A stretch of 64,000 nt of DNA from assembly GCA_002269645.1 (NCBI GenBank), contig NIVC01002803.1, positions 75,315-139,314 of the forward strand, in the 5' to 3' direction. Each line of letters begins with the position of its first letter. Within the stretch, counting starts at the first letter, position 1. The position numbers and the translations under genes are program-made. A model generated the notes under the pieces. That model saw nothing but the letters and a program-made list of their open reading frames with translations, did not search any database and was not told the DNA's origin. This document shows positions 1-19,777 of this stretch, piece by piece. The stretch is from Macrostomum lignano. Its lineage: Eukaryota.

Positions 1-145
1 TTTTGTGAATGCGGAATGAGTTGTGTGAATGGGGAATGAGTTGTGTGAATGGAGACTGAGTTGTGTGAATGGAGACTGAGTTGTGTGAATGGAGACTGAG
101 TTGTGTGAATGGGGAATGAGTTGTGTGAATGGGGAATGAGTTAGG
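1..145. repeat. 20-bp minisatellite (TGAGTTGTGTGAATGGGGAA-like)
   Basis: About 7 tandem copies visible, truncated by the window start. Confidence 0.9.
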
Positions 146-961
146 TGACTCAGGAGTGAATTGGGTGAATGAGGATTAAGTTGGGCGCATCATGCATGGG
201 AAGATACGCGCGAATGGGGATCGTACACAGAGAATGGGATTAAGTTTATTGGATAGAATTAAATAGGTTAGACAAACTTGATAGCTACACGAATTTGGGT
301 CCCAATTAGCCACGTACAGACGAGAACACAGCTTTTTTTAACTTTAACAACTTGTTTTGTATCAGGTGTCATTTCACATGGCTTGAGACGTAACTCTGGG
401 TGTTTCTATCCAGGTTAATTAGCAAGTCCCAACAGTCCTGTTTACTGCACGAGTTAAGCGATTAGTTAATAAATTAAGAAAGTTCAAGCTTTTCAAGTTG
501 CTAAGATGCCGGGAGCATGAATGGCATAAATTTAGTTTCAAACAGAGCGCTCCCATTCACTAGTTAGAAAGGAAATTTTTTATCTCTACTTTTTAAAAAT
601 TAACATTGGTTTTGAATTACATTTTTTAACTTATGATTTCAAAGACAGAATTTGAGCGCTTGCCACATTATGCTACTATCAGTAGAGTAAAAGCGAGATT
701 AGGGATTTTATATAAGCGATAATAGGGAAAATCGAGACGGGCCGAGCGGTACCGCAAAAAAATTTTTGAAGGCCTAGATTACCAGGAAAATTCCTCTATC
801 TACATCTAAATAGAAGCGTATCCCTTTTTACCATTAGGATTTCGACAAACTTCCTCAAAAATTGTGTCCCGGTTGATGATTCGAGATATATAGAAAAGCT
901 AAAGACAAGATTGTTTCCAGAATCGAAAAGACTTTAAAATCGATTTCCTACCCCCCCCCCC

Positions 962-1222
962 ACCCGAATTAACAGCCTGCGCAACCTGGACATAATCGGC
1001 GCGAACTCGCGACTATTCACCAAATACTTCACGAATGACGCGCCCGACCAATCCTGCTCAGTTGGCATGTCAACAGAGGCTGATAGCATCAACATGGAAG
1101 GCGTGGGCGGCGCCCTGATCATCACTGGTGCATTCTACGTCGCTGGCCTGATCCTACTGGCGTGCGAGCTGGTCTGGACTCGGCTGCTCAGAAAGACGCC
1201 CTTCGATTGCGCTGTGTTCTGA
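962..1222 (+). CDS. Partial CDS: C-terminal segment of an ionotropic glutamate receptor / IR-like protein (end of S2 plus M4 helix)
   Basis: An open frame not in the ORF track reads TRINSLRNLDIIGANSRLFTKYFTNDAPDQSCSVGMSTEADSINMEGVGGALIITGAFYVAGLILLACELVWTRLLRKTPFDCAVF*. This resembles the iGluR pattern L..L...G....L..K.....C......L..EGV.G.F.IL..G...A...L..E..W. No clean acceptor or upstream exon was seen. Confidence 0.45.
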   Translation, partial: TRINSLRNLDIIGANSRLFTKYFTNDAPDQSCSVGMSTEADSINMEGVGGALIITGAFYVAGLILLACELVWTRLLRKTPFDCAVF

Positions 1223-1774
1223 GGAAATGTATCTCGTTGCTAAAAATAGAAACAGGAATTATGACACCAGCGCGTTGCTAAAAATAGAAACACGGCATTA
1301 TAGCAAGTGTTTTGCTTAAAAAAGAACCTGACGTCAAGTATGAATCACATTTCTAAAAATAGAAATAAACGTTTAGCAGAAATAGTTTCGCTAAATATTA
1401 AAAACTGGTGTCAGGCAATAAATATGTCGTGTTTTTTTCTAAAAAAACAAGCTCAGTTAAAAACTTTGCCGCACGTCTATTTATCAAACGTCTTATGCTT
1501 TTTGCCTTCACCAGGGACTACTCAAACACCGGGACGGGAAACTAGGAATTTTTTACGAGGCTCCTGGCAACTGCACACCGTATGCTAAAGACATCGGTCA
1601 CTTAGTATTGTAGCAGTACAGCTGGTACATGTAACACAAACTGTTTACTTTGCAACGCAAAAAGCAACTCGTTTTCACTTTGTTGCTAAATTTAAAAAAA
1701 AAAGATATTAAAATATCCGCGTACTACTGCACTATCTCTGGAGAAATTTGCAATCCAGTCTGATGGGCCGTAAC

Positions 1775-1964
1775 CAGTAGCGCAACCAGAAATTTTTCAA
1801 GGGGGGCGGATTCTGAGGGTAAAGTCCCGGGAGGGGGGGCGGCGGAGGGGTGGCTCTGTTTTTGGCGAAAATTCGCTTGGTCCCCCCTTTGATTTTTTTT
1901 CGGTCCCCCGCCTAAGGGGGGGGGCGACCGCCCCCCCCGCCCCCCCCCCCTGGTTGCGCCACTG
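1775..1964. mobile_element. hAT-type MITE (190 bp)
   Basis: 15-bp TIRs CAGTAGCGCAACCAG (1775-1789) and CTGGTTGCGCCACTG (1950-1964), 1 mismatch. Perfect 8-bp TSD GCCGTAAC at 1767-1774 and 1965-1972. An 8-bp TSD is characteristic of hAT elements. Confidence 0.85.
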
Positions 1965-3667
1965 GCCGTAACAGTAACAGTAATAAGTAATCCGGCGCCC
2001 CAGCCATTGATCAGGCTCTTACGCCACTAGTGAAAACTTAGATTCCAAATAGGGAGTGTACTTATGTACACAAAAAGCCAGGTTAGACTATAGAGGACTG
2101 TACAAAGGGCAATATCACAAAAACCAAACTTCCCCGGGGGACAGTGACAGCGGTTCGACGAACCAGTCAGGGAGCCCGTGCCCAAAAACCAGGTTAGAAA
2201 GACCCCTTGCCTATTAGGGTTGGCCCGAAGGCCGAGAGCCGTGGCAACCATGCTGGGGCCGACCGCCCACCACCCCCGGGTACAAATCGAAAACCTCCCC
2301 GGGGCCAGAGGGGGAGTGCGAACCAATCAGGGAAGCCCGTGCCTTCACCGGGTTAGGAAAGCCAAAAAAACCGGTCGTATGACCGCCCCCACGGCCGTGG
2401 CAACCCTCGAGGAACCTCCCCAACTAAACCCCGGGTACTCTTGCCAGACAGTCTCTTATCTTTGAAGCGGCAGGAGGGCTAATCGCCGGGACTATTTCAC
2501 CCTTTGCTTCGCCAACCCGCCATTTCTATAGTGACCGTGCCAACGGTCTCGTCCTGCTCAGACTCAGTCCTGGTTCTGGCACACTCCAGCTTTAATAGGG
2601 TCGCTGGCTGTTCGCTCAGAGGGCACTTGAGGGAGACCGTCAATGCACCACTGGAACAGGTATAGGCCTGCCTTCCTATACAGCTACCCGCAGCCCTTCC
2701 CGATCCACTATTACCCTCCAACCCAGCCTACTCACTCATAACAAGCTTTCAGCCAGGCAGAGACAAGTTTCACAGGGGTACTGCGGTTAGGCGCCTCTAT
2801 GCGAGACAGAACTGCAATCCAGTCTGATGGGCCGCAATAAACACGTTATTATATCGATTCTACCAAATTTTACAATTCGATTGTGATAGTTATTTTCTTT
2901 TATATGTGGTGCACTACTTGAAGTACCATTGACCAAGAGTTTCACGCGTATAGTAGTCTCTGACGTGCAGGGAGGGTGGCAGTCACACGGACTACTTAAG
3001 TAGCAGGACGCGACACGCTCAAGACGTGCGAATTTTATTGGAGGCTGAATATTCAATTTTATGTTGCCCGGCTCCAGAAACTCGCCGAAGTGTAATTTTC
3101 TTCATAGCATGTACATAATTTAGTCCTTGTTCAGGTACGATATAAACGACAATAAGTAGTCCCTGAGGGTATGAAGCACTGTTTGCTATTTGATTATACA
3201 AGCTGCATGATTTTTAATGTATTAGCAAAGTTCTCAATGCATGAGGTACTGTAGCTCTTCACTTAGAATAAGTAATTCCCTGTTGGACTGCTGGTCTCCA
3301 TGCCATTACAACTTCACTATTTTTAGCAGGAACCGTTCCAGCATCATCCAGCATCAGCTTTTGAAAGGTACAGCAAATTTATTAAACTAAAAATATTTTT
3401 TCACTTTTCGCGGGGAGGCAGCTGACTTATTTTTACATTTTCTAATTGAAATTCTTCACTTGCGTAATTGAAAAATTCGCGCTAACTACTTGCAGTAGTA
3501 GAGGCTATAAATAAAATCGGATTTTAAAAGAAAACTTTATTGGTGACTGGGACTTTTTAATCATTGTGCTGGTTGGTCTAATTGCGATTTTGAGCTGTTA
3601 TTTTACTAGCAAAATTTGTTTTACTGACTGTTCTAACTTCTCGGAACCCCCGGTGTACCTGAGTGCT

Positions 3668-3886
3668 TCCTCTCCCTCAGCTCTCCCCTCCCAGTCTCCC
3701 TCTCTCCCTTCCCAATCTCCCTCTCTCCCCTCCCAGTCTCGATCCCTCCCTTCTCAGTCTCCCTCTCTCCCTTCCCAGTCTCCCTCTTTCCCCTCTCAGT
3801 CTCCATCTCTCCCTTCTCAGTCTCCCTCTCTCCCCTCTCAGTCTCCCTCTCTCCCCTCTCAGTCTCCCTCTCTCCCTTCCCAGTCT
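3668..3886. repeat. CT-rich ~21-bp minisatellite
   Basis: Tandem CAGTCTCCCTCTCTCCCCTCT-like units. Confidence 0.85.
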
Positions 3887-4394
3887 CTTAGCACATTCCC
3901 CACTGATGCATGGCCCATCCTGACCTTATCCGTCTCAATCCTCATTATCCCAAAGTCCAAGGACAACGGAGTCCATGCCAGTCAGGCGGTCAGCAGCGGC
4001 TACTCAGCAGGCCAGGAGGTGCCGATCCAGAGTTGGCAGGTAAAAAAACAGGCCGCACACACACCTGGCTCACCCTGTCGACTGTCCTTATAGTTAATTC
4101 TATGTTCGTGCATTTCTTCCTGCCCAGAATCTGAGACTGCATCGCTTCGCAGCTTTAAAACGTCATTTCTAACTCAATAGATGCGTGCTCGCTACTTTAA
4201 ATACTATCTATTGTGAATTAGCTAGATTTTAATGGCTGTTGTTATTGCAAAACCCTATAGCTTGTAGCTTGTGTCTGCCACAAGTCACCGCGTCGCAATG
4301 CTGCACTTTATGCTTTACTCAATCTTGCGCTAAAACTATTCGGAATCTTACAGTTTATCTGTCACTCCAGCAACACTGTCACTGCTATCACTAC

Positions 4395-4905
4395 CATGGT
4401 CTCTATCAAGCCCGCTATCACTCCTGGCTGTCACTCCTGGCTGTCACTCCCGGCTGTCACTCCTTCTGTCACTCCTGGTTGTCACCCCTTCTGTCACTCC
4501 TGTCACTCCTAGCTGTCACTCCTGTCACTCCTAGCTGTCACTCCTGTCACTCCTTCTGTCACTCCTGGTTGTCACTCCTGGCTGTCACTCCTGGCTGTCA
4601 CTCCTGGCTGTCAATCCTGGCTGTCACTCCTGGCTGTCACTCCTGGCTGTCACTCCTGGCTGTCACTCCTGGCTGTCACTCCCGGCTGTCACTCCTTCTG
4701 TCACTCCTGGTTGTCACTCCTGGCTGTCACTCCTGGCTGTCACTCCTGGCTGTCAATCCTGGCTGTCACTCCTGGCTGTCACTCCTGGCTGTCACTCCTG
4801 GCTGTCACTTCTGACTATCACTCCTGACTGTCACTCCTGACTGTCACTCCTGACTGTCACTCCTGGCTATCACTCCTGGCTGTCACTCCTGGCTGTCACT
4901 CCTGG
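4395..4905. repeat. 13-bp minisatellite CTGTCACTCCTGG
   Basis: Many tandem copies with variants. Confidence 0.9.
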
Positions 4906-5878
4906 CTCCTGGCCATCATGACTCAATGAGGAAGCCCCTCAAGCTTTGGATTGCGGGTAGCTCTCGTTCGTACTCGACGATTCTATTTCGGATTTTTAGC
5001 GCCAACTGGTTACACGAAACAAATTTTCCTTCTGCTCTGGCATGCGCGTTGCGTTTTGTTTTAATTTCTAACAGCGTCTTTTTTTGCTAAGTTTCTTTAC
5101 TATATTTGCCATGGACAATATTTGCCAAACATACTCAGAGGTCAGAGTACCGTGCTATTTGTTAGCTTGGTACTCTTTGCTTTGCACATACTTTAAACTA
5201 ATTTTATCGTGCGATGGAGCATGATGAAACTCTCATAGTGCCCGCAATTTCAAATGCTAAATCTCGTTGCGGCTTTAATTTTTGTTCTTTTTGTCTATGG
5301 CCCTGACCGTGCCCTGCAAATCCATGAGAGTTGCATCACGCTCTTTATGAGCACTAAAAATAGTGCCCGGAAAAGCGTGCTTCATCTTCTATGGTATTAA
5401 TAACTCTCAGAATCCATTTCAACTTGATCTTACTGGACGTGAAAAGACTGGGTATGGAGAGGAGCCTCAACTTTAGCCATAGACAATTGGGTATTGAATT
5501 GAGAAGCGTCATTGCGAGAGTACCAACGGAACGGCTTGACAGGAATTTGAGGGTACCCCAACAGATGTTTAATCATTAGAGGCTTCATCAAATGTAAATT
5601 CGAAAATAACTAAGGTCAAATACACTGCAGTGAGCTGAATGCAATTACACTGAAAATGCTCTTTTGATGTAACTAGTTGATTGACAGCTGTCATTAAATA
5701 AAGAGATGTCACTCAGACTCTGCTCTCGTGAATGCAGACAAATCAAACGTTTATCCTCGGAACGGAAACACGTGCCAATCTGATGTGCATAAATTCGGAA
5801 CTGCCGACTGCTCAACACAACAATCTCACATTCGACTCAATCTACACAGCTCGAAGACTCGACTCGACTCAAGCAATC

Positions 5879-6067
5879 ATGAAGTGGCAACTCGCTCTCG
5901 GACTTTTGCTGTTCGCAGCCATGGCCGTCGCCATGCCCACCCAAGAAGAGAAGGCCCAGGCCGAACGTGTGCTGGAGGAGACTCTGTCCAACCTGGACGA
6001 GTCCAGCCTGTCGCAGGAGCAGAGCCCGAAGCTGAAGAAGAAGTTCATCCATATTCATTTCGGTTAG
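5879..6067 (+). CDS. Secreted prepropeptide (62 aa), predicted mature FIHIHF-amide
   Basis: MKWQLALGLLLFAAMAVAMPTQEEKAQAERVLEETLSNLDESSLSQEQSPKLKKKFIHIHFG*. It has a hydrophobic signal peptide, an acidic pro-region, a basic KKK cleavage site and a C-terminal Gly amide donor. Codons are GC3-rich within AT-rich flanks. Confidence 0.8.
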   Translation: MKWQLALGLLLFAAMAVAMPTQEEKAQAERVLEETLSNLDESSLSQEQSPKLKKKFIHIHFG

Positions 6068-6649
6068 ATGAGCTCTCCGCTGCATCTGAGATCGATGTCG
6101 CTTCATAGACAATGACTGACCGGATTCTGAACTCTGACTCTTGACCACATTGTTGTTTAGTGTTGAGGGTGAAATTTACACAGCTCTCTTTGCTGATCAG
6201 TTTTACCAAATATAAACAGCAAGCACAATAAGTTTAAGCACTCAGCAATGCTTCGTTAGGTTGAAATTATTTTATTTCTGCAATGCAACTCAAAAGCGAT
6301 AAATTGGAGCTTATAATGGTGCAAGCTATTCATTTTAGACAACAATTTTTTTGATAAGTTGGTATTTCAAAGTTTGTTTATTCGATAAAGTGCGAATTAA
6401 AGCACTGATCAGTTTTTGGCATAGTTTAGCTCATTATTAATGCGATCCTTAAAATTATATACTGGTAACTTCAAAGACTCCTGATATTAGGAGCAGAGCT
6501 AATTTGTGCTTTATAAGAATGCTAAACAAAATTGTCAACAAATTAGTGAAAATGTCTGTCTAAATCCAACAGATCCCAAGTTAGACTTAAAGATATGTCT
6601 GTAGTAAGATTTATGATTCTAAGATTGTAATTTAAGATTTAGTTTTAAA

Positions 6650-7040
6650 TGGTGGGGAGGGTGGCAGCCACTGGAGGTGGGGGAGGGTGGCAGCCACTGA
6701 AGGTGGGGAGGGCGGCAGCCACTGGAGGTGGGGAGGGTGGCAGCCACTGGAGGTGGGGAGGGTGGCAGCCACTGGAGGTGGGGAGGGTGGCAGCCACTGA
6801 AGGTGGGGAGGGTGGCAGCCACTGGAGGTGGGGAGGGCGGCAGCCACTGGAGGTGGGGAGGGTGGCAGCCACTGGAGGTGGGGGAGGGTGGCAGCCACTG
6901 GAGGTGGGGAGGGTGGCAGCCACTGGAGGTGGGGAGGGTGGCAGCCACTGGAGGTGGGGAGGGTGGCAGCCACTGAAGGTGGGGAGGGTGGCAGCCACTG
7001 GAGGTGGGGAGGGTGGCAGCCACTGGAGGTGGGGGAAGGT
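6650..7040. repeat. 25-bp minisatellite GGTGGGGAGGGTGGCAGCCACTGGA
   Basis: About 15 tandem units; accounts for all overlapping ORFs at 6619-7087. Confidence 0.92.
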
Positions 7041-8169
7041 GGCAACTGCAAGGGACGTCTCCGAGTTCTCATAAGTTCATAGAACACAGCTGTACTGAAA
7101 AGTTCATTTTATTTTTAGGAAATTTCAATAATATTTCACCTGACCGGCCCAGCGCAGGAAAAATTCTATAACAGTGTATTAAAAATATTATTTAGTATAT
7201 TTCACATCAAAAAAGAATTTATATGCATCAAGTTAGGAAATGATAGTCATTGTCATAAATATTCATGGATAGATCATACAAGTATATATATATATAATCG
7301 CAGAACACAGAAGACAATAAATAGTAATTAGAGACAAATAGATAACAGTGGCTGCAGATCCATATTCTGTTTGAGTAGTCAGTCAATTAGAAAGTTAATT
7401 AATGCAAATTTGAAGGCGGTTGTGCAGTCACTCAAACTAGGGCACAACAAGCAGCGTTTTCATACAACTGAGCTGTGATTGTTGAAAATCAACCTTCTCT
7501 TTTTTAAAAATGTTCAAAAAATTAACAAATCATAAGAAATAAGAAATAAAAACGCGAAAATTAAATTCGAATAATATTCCTAGAGAAGAAACCAAAAAGG
7601 GACGACTTTTTCTGAACATTTCTACTTACGGCAGTAGGCTGATACGCAACAACGAAGAAAAATTAATATTAATATCGCGAGAAAATTGTTAAAGAAAAAG
7701 ATTTTTCCGATAATTAATCGAGACTGATAATTAATTGATAATTAATTGATAATTAATTGATAATTAATAGAGTAGCTTTTCTGAGAGGAAATCTACCTGA
7801 GCTAATGTTTTTTTGTTAACAATAGATCAAATATTTTGTCTTCCAAGCTGAGTCTGCGTAAATACAAGAGAAAGTAGATAGACCATAAAAATCGCAGAAA
7901 TTGGATACCAAGACACTATTGAAACATATTGTCGTCTCTTGACTGACTGACCTGTGTTCAACTACAGCTAATCATTCAGATAGTATCTAGATAGTCTGTT
8001 TGCCTGGATTTAAACATATTTTTATGGAACGTTAGAGTGCCGAAAAAGGTGGTCTCTGTATGGCATTGTCTGCTCAATATATTTGTTAGTCAATATCGGG
8101 GGTGGGGGAAGTGATGCATGATTGGTCGAAACTAAAAAGTTTAGTCGAGAGTGCAGTGTATGCCCTACA

Positions 8170-8415
8170 AAGGGGAATCCAGTCCTCTTAGGGAAATCCC
8201 GTAGCTAAGGGAAATCTAGTCCTCTTAGGGAAATCCCGTAGCTAAGGGAAATCTAGTCCTCTTAGGGAAATCCCGTAGCTAAGGGAAATCCAGTTCTCTT
8301 AGGGAAATCCCGTAGCTAAGGGAAATCTAGTCCTCTTAGGGAAATCCCATCGCCAAGGGAAATCCCATCGCCAAGGGAAATCCCGTATTCAAGGGAAATC
8401 CCGTATCCAAGTGAA
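8170..8415. repeat. Minisatellite built on AGGGAAAT (18-19-bp halves, ~37-bp unit)
   Basis: AGGGAAATCCCGTAGCTAAGGGAAATCTAGTCCTCTT repeated. Confidence 0.85.
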
Positions 8416-8577
8416 ACCGTTGGTTCAGGAAAGGTCAAATTTAAAAGCAGACAGAGACCATACTGTCATTGAGAAGAATCTCCTGCCATATTAAAAAAGT
8501 AAGTTTAGCAAGCAGAAATACAAAGCTGAAAATTGAATTCAGTTTAACTTAAACAAAAATTTGTCCCAGCCGCAGCC

Positions 8578-15718
<7,141 letters not shown>

Positions 15719-16331
15719 GTTAGTTTTCACCACCATTTCTCCGTCCATTTTTTATTTATTTTCACGCCAAATACATGTATTTATACAATTATTGCAAGTT
15801 TGCATATAATATTCCTCCTTATTTTCAGGTTCGAACTTTACAGGTGGTGAAATAAACAGACTGGTGTGACGTAAACCAGGCTCATTAATACAGAATGTCC
15901 TATCTAACAGATTTTCTGACTTAGACGAATCACTTAAAATTTATGTACAAGAATTAGTTTATTGATAAGCCCGATGTATACTTAATTTTGATTATGTAGT
16001 ATGTATATATTCAGGAAAGGAATTAGGCAGGATAAAAACATCAAGTTGGAATTGATTTTCAGCGTGCAACTTGTAAGGAGATTTGCTTGCACAAATCTGC
16101 TGGCATACGGTCGTATTCTATTTAGATTCACTGCTCATGTGAGAGTCTACTTTAGATGTTAATGTCCTCCTAGATCTCTTACAAGGTAGTGTTGCAGTAC
16201 GAGCGTATTTAAAATGTACTACTTTGATACCAGCTGCAGCTTTAATTGTTTGCTTCGTAAACATCATTATCTTATTGAAACTGCTCTTGGCATCGAGCGT
16301 CACGTGGCAGAGGTCCCAGGCCCAGTGCGCA

Positions 16332-16398
16332 TCAGCCCATTCTGAAATGACGAAATTTGCAGTGGATTCCTCAGACATTACAGTGTATGTACAGAATC

Positions 16399-16435
<37 letters not shown>

Positions 16436-16436
16436 G

Positions 16437-16529
<93 letters not shown>

Positions 16530-16930
16530 AGACGCACCGGACGCGCTGGGTGAGGAAGTCGTTCTTAGCCTTGAGTTCTGCCAGCTTGGCCAACACTTTG
16601 GCTGCATCAAAGGAGCCGCCGCGCTTGGCCACTCCGGCCCGCCTGACCAGCCGCATGCGACCGCTAAAATTGGCAGAATTGAATGCGCGCAACTCTTTAT
16701 AGCTCAAAACATTGCTGATTGAACAGAAGCATGCCGGAATTTCGCCAATACCTCACGGAATCTTCGAACCCCGCATGATCCAGCTCGTCCAGGAGCTCTG
16801 CAGCTTCGAGCAGCTGCGACTCGCTGAGACGCGACAGCGGGGCCGCCTCCGCCGTGTTGCTGGCGGCGAAGAGCGTCAGGGCGAGAAGAGCGATGGCGAA
16901 AACAGCTGGAGTGCTCTGCGGCAGCGGCAT
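16332..16930 (-). CDS. Neuropeptide-like prepropeptide (3 exons, 104 aa), predicted mature GGSFDAAKVLAKLAELKAKNDFLTQRVRM-amide; NPY/NPF-like gene structure
   Basis: Exons 16930-16752, 16663-16538 and 16341-16332, with donors GTATTG and GTGCGT and acceptors TTTTAG and TTTCAG. Product has a signal peptide, an acidic pro-region, a KR cleavage site and ends R-V-R-M-G*. Intron 2 splits the penultimate Arg codon (CG|A). An acceptor-like CCAG lies 9 nt before the ATG. Confidence 0.78.
16400..16529. repeat. (CTAT)n microsatellite in intron 2 of the peptide gene
   Basis: Direct observation. Confidence 0.95.
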
Positions 16931-16974
16931 TTCTTGTGTCTGGCGCGGGTGGACAGGGGGGGGGGTATTTTGAA

Positions 16975-17560
16975 GCTTGAGCCGCCGTCCCTCCCTCAGT
17001 GTACTCAGCTTGTACCGCCATCCCCTCCCTCAGTGTACTCAGCTTGAGCCGCCTTCCCTTCCCTCAGTGTACTCAGTTTGAGCCGCCATCCCCTCCCTTA
17101 GTGTACTCAGCTTGTGCCGCCATCCCCTCCCTCAGTGTACTCAGCTTGTGCCGCCTTCCCTTCCCTCAGTGTACTCAGCTTGAGCCGCCTTCCCTTCCCT
17201 CAGTGTACTCAGCTTGTGCCGCCGTCCCTTCCTCAGTGTACTCAGCTTGTGCCGCCTTCCCTTCCCTCAGTGTACTCAGCTTGAGACGCCTTCCCTTCCC
17301 TCAGTGTACTCAGCTTGTGCCGCCGTCCCTTCCTCAGTGTACTCAGCTTGTGCCGCCATCCCCTCCCTCAGTGTACTCAGCTTGTGCCGCCTTCCCTTCC
17401 CTCAGTGTACTCAGCTTGAGCCGCCTTCCCTTCCCTCAGTGTACTCAGCTTGAGCCGCCTTCCCTTCCCTCAGTGTACTCAGCTTGTGCCGCCTTCCCTT
17501 CCCTCAGTGTACTCAGCTTGAGCCGCCTTCCCTTCCCTCAGTGTACTCAACTTGAGCCGC
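16975..17560. repeat. 34-bp minisatellite CCTCAGTGTACTCAGCTTGAGCCGCCTTCCCTTC
   Basis: About 17 tandem units just upstream of the minus-strand peptide gene. Confidence 0.92.
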
Positions 17561-18209
17561 CATTATCACCACTAGCCTGAGCCGCCATCCCCTCCTTTAG
17601 TTTGAGCTGCCATCCCCTGATTCTGTGTCCCCAGCTGTTGCCTAATTATTACTCGAATTCCGCAAGGCCGATTCCTCAGCATCGGAACTTAACGACAATA
17701 ACATCTTTCCCATCCTGAGTAACGCAAGCACTAATTAGTATCTGAATAAAGATGTAGACAGTGAAAAACCAAAGAACTACTTGTCTCATTTCTCGTACTC
17801 TTACAAGCCCGCTGCCGAACTCAATGAGACTGCGGCTCTATTAGAGTCCAATGTTTGCCTAGCACTCAGGCGGCATGGGTGCATGCGGATGGATAGATAG
17901 TAGGATTAACTCATAAGAAGGGCTCTGTTTCATCTAGTAGGCCATGCCAGCGCCTCAATGCCAGTGAATAGAAACAATGGGACCGACGCTCTTTCAGCCC
18001 CCTTCCCCTCAGAGTCTGCAACACTCGCTATTCACCATCGATTGATTTTGTGTCTATGGACAGCCAGCCATGCCTGCTCGAAGCTCGAATTACCGCCATT
18101 AACAGTCAATGAACCGGGGGCTGAGATGTTCTCGCTGCAGTCCGAGTTGGCAACCTGCAGGCAGACTGTCGGCCTGGTGGACATCTTCTAGTAGCAGTGT
18201 GCAAGGTCC

Positions 18210-18725
18210 TGCCCCTCTCTCACTCTCTCCTCTCTCTCGCCTCTCCTTATCTTCCTCTCTTCCTCTCTAGCAAGGAGTAACCTAAGCTCGAAATATCGCC
18301 CTCTTTCACTATTATTAGTCCATGAGATTGGATCGTTGCCCTCCTCTCTCCCCTCTCTACCTTTCTCCCCTCTCTCTCCCCCTCTCCCTTTCTCCCCTCT
18401 CTCTCCCCCTCTCCCTTTCTCCCCTCTCTCTCCCCCTCTCCCTTTCTCCCCTCTCTCTCCCCCTCTCCCTTTCTCCCCTCTCTCTCCCCCTCTCCCTTTC
18501 TCCCCTCTCTCTCCCCTCTCCCTTTCTCCCCTCTCTCTCCCCCTCTCCCTTTCTCCCCTCTCTCTCCCCCTCTCCCTTTCTCCCCTCTCTCTCCCCCTCT
18601 CCCATTCTCCCCCTCTTTCCTCTCTCACCCTCTCTCCCCTCTTCTCTCTTTCCCCTCTCCCACTCTCTCCCCTCTCCCCTCTCCCACTCCTATTCCCAGC
18701 CGCTCCCCTCTCTCTCTCCTCCTCT
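18210..18725. repeat. CT-rich low-complexity / minisatellite
   Basis: TCTCCCCTCTCTCTCCCCCTCTCCCTT-like units. Confidence 0.88.
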
Positions 18726-18972
18726 CGCTCCATCCCTTCGATTAATGGCTCCAATTTTAAAATAATAAATATTCTAATTTCAACTAGTCTCTCTCAGAGC
18801 CGTTAATCAATCAATTCCGTTGGCAAACACCGCACCCAGGGTTACTTGTAGCGTCATTTAAAAAATCACTCCATAATTCTCTGAAATTATTTCGTTCCAG
18901 TTTTGTAAACAGATAAACAATAATCACAGAAAAATCATAGAAAAGGGCATATTGATACCCAACCGACTGTCG

Positions 18973-19777
<805 letters not shown>

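Noticed and set aside
1755-1775. CTGATG motif as a possible hammerhead ribozyme core (also at 2823)
   Set aside because: It lacks the CUGAUGA...GAAA core and the closing stems.
3891-4038. GC-rich island with AG...GT boundaries (possible exon, STFPTDAWPILTLSVSIL...)
   Set aside because: No recognisable product and no partner exons could be linked.
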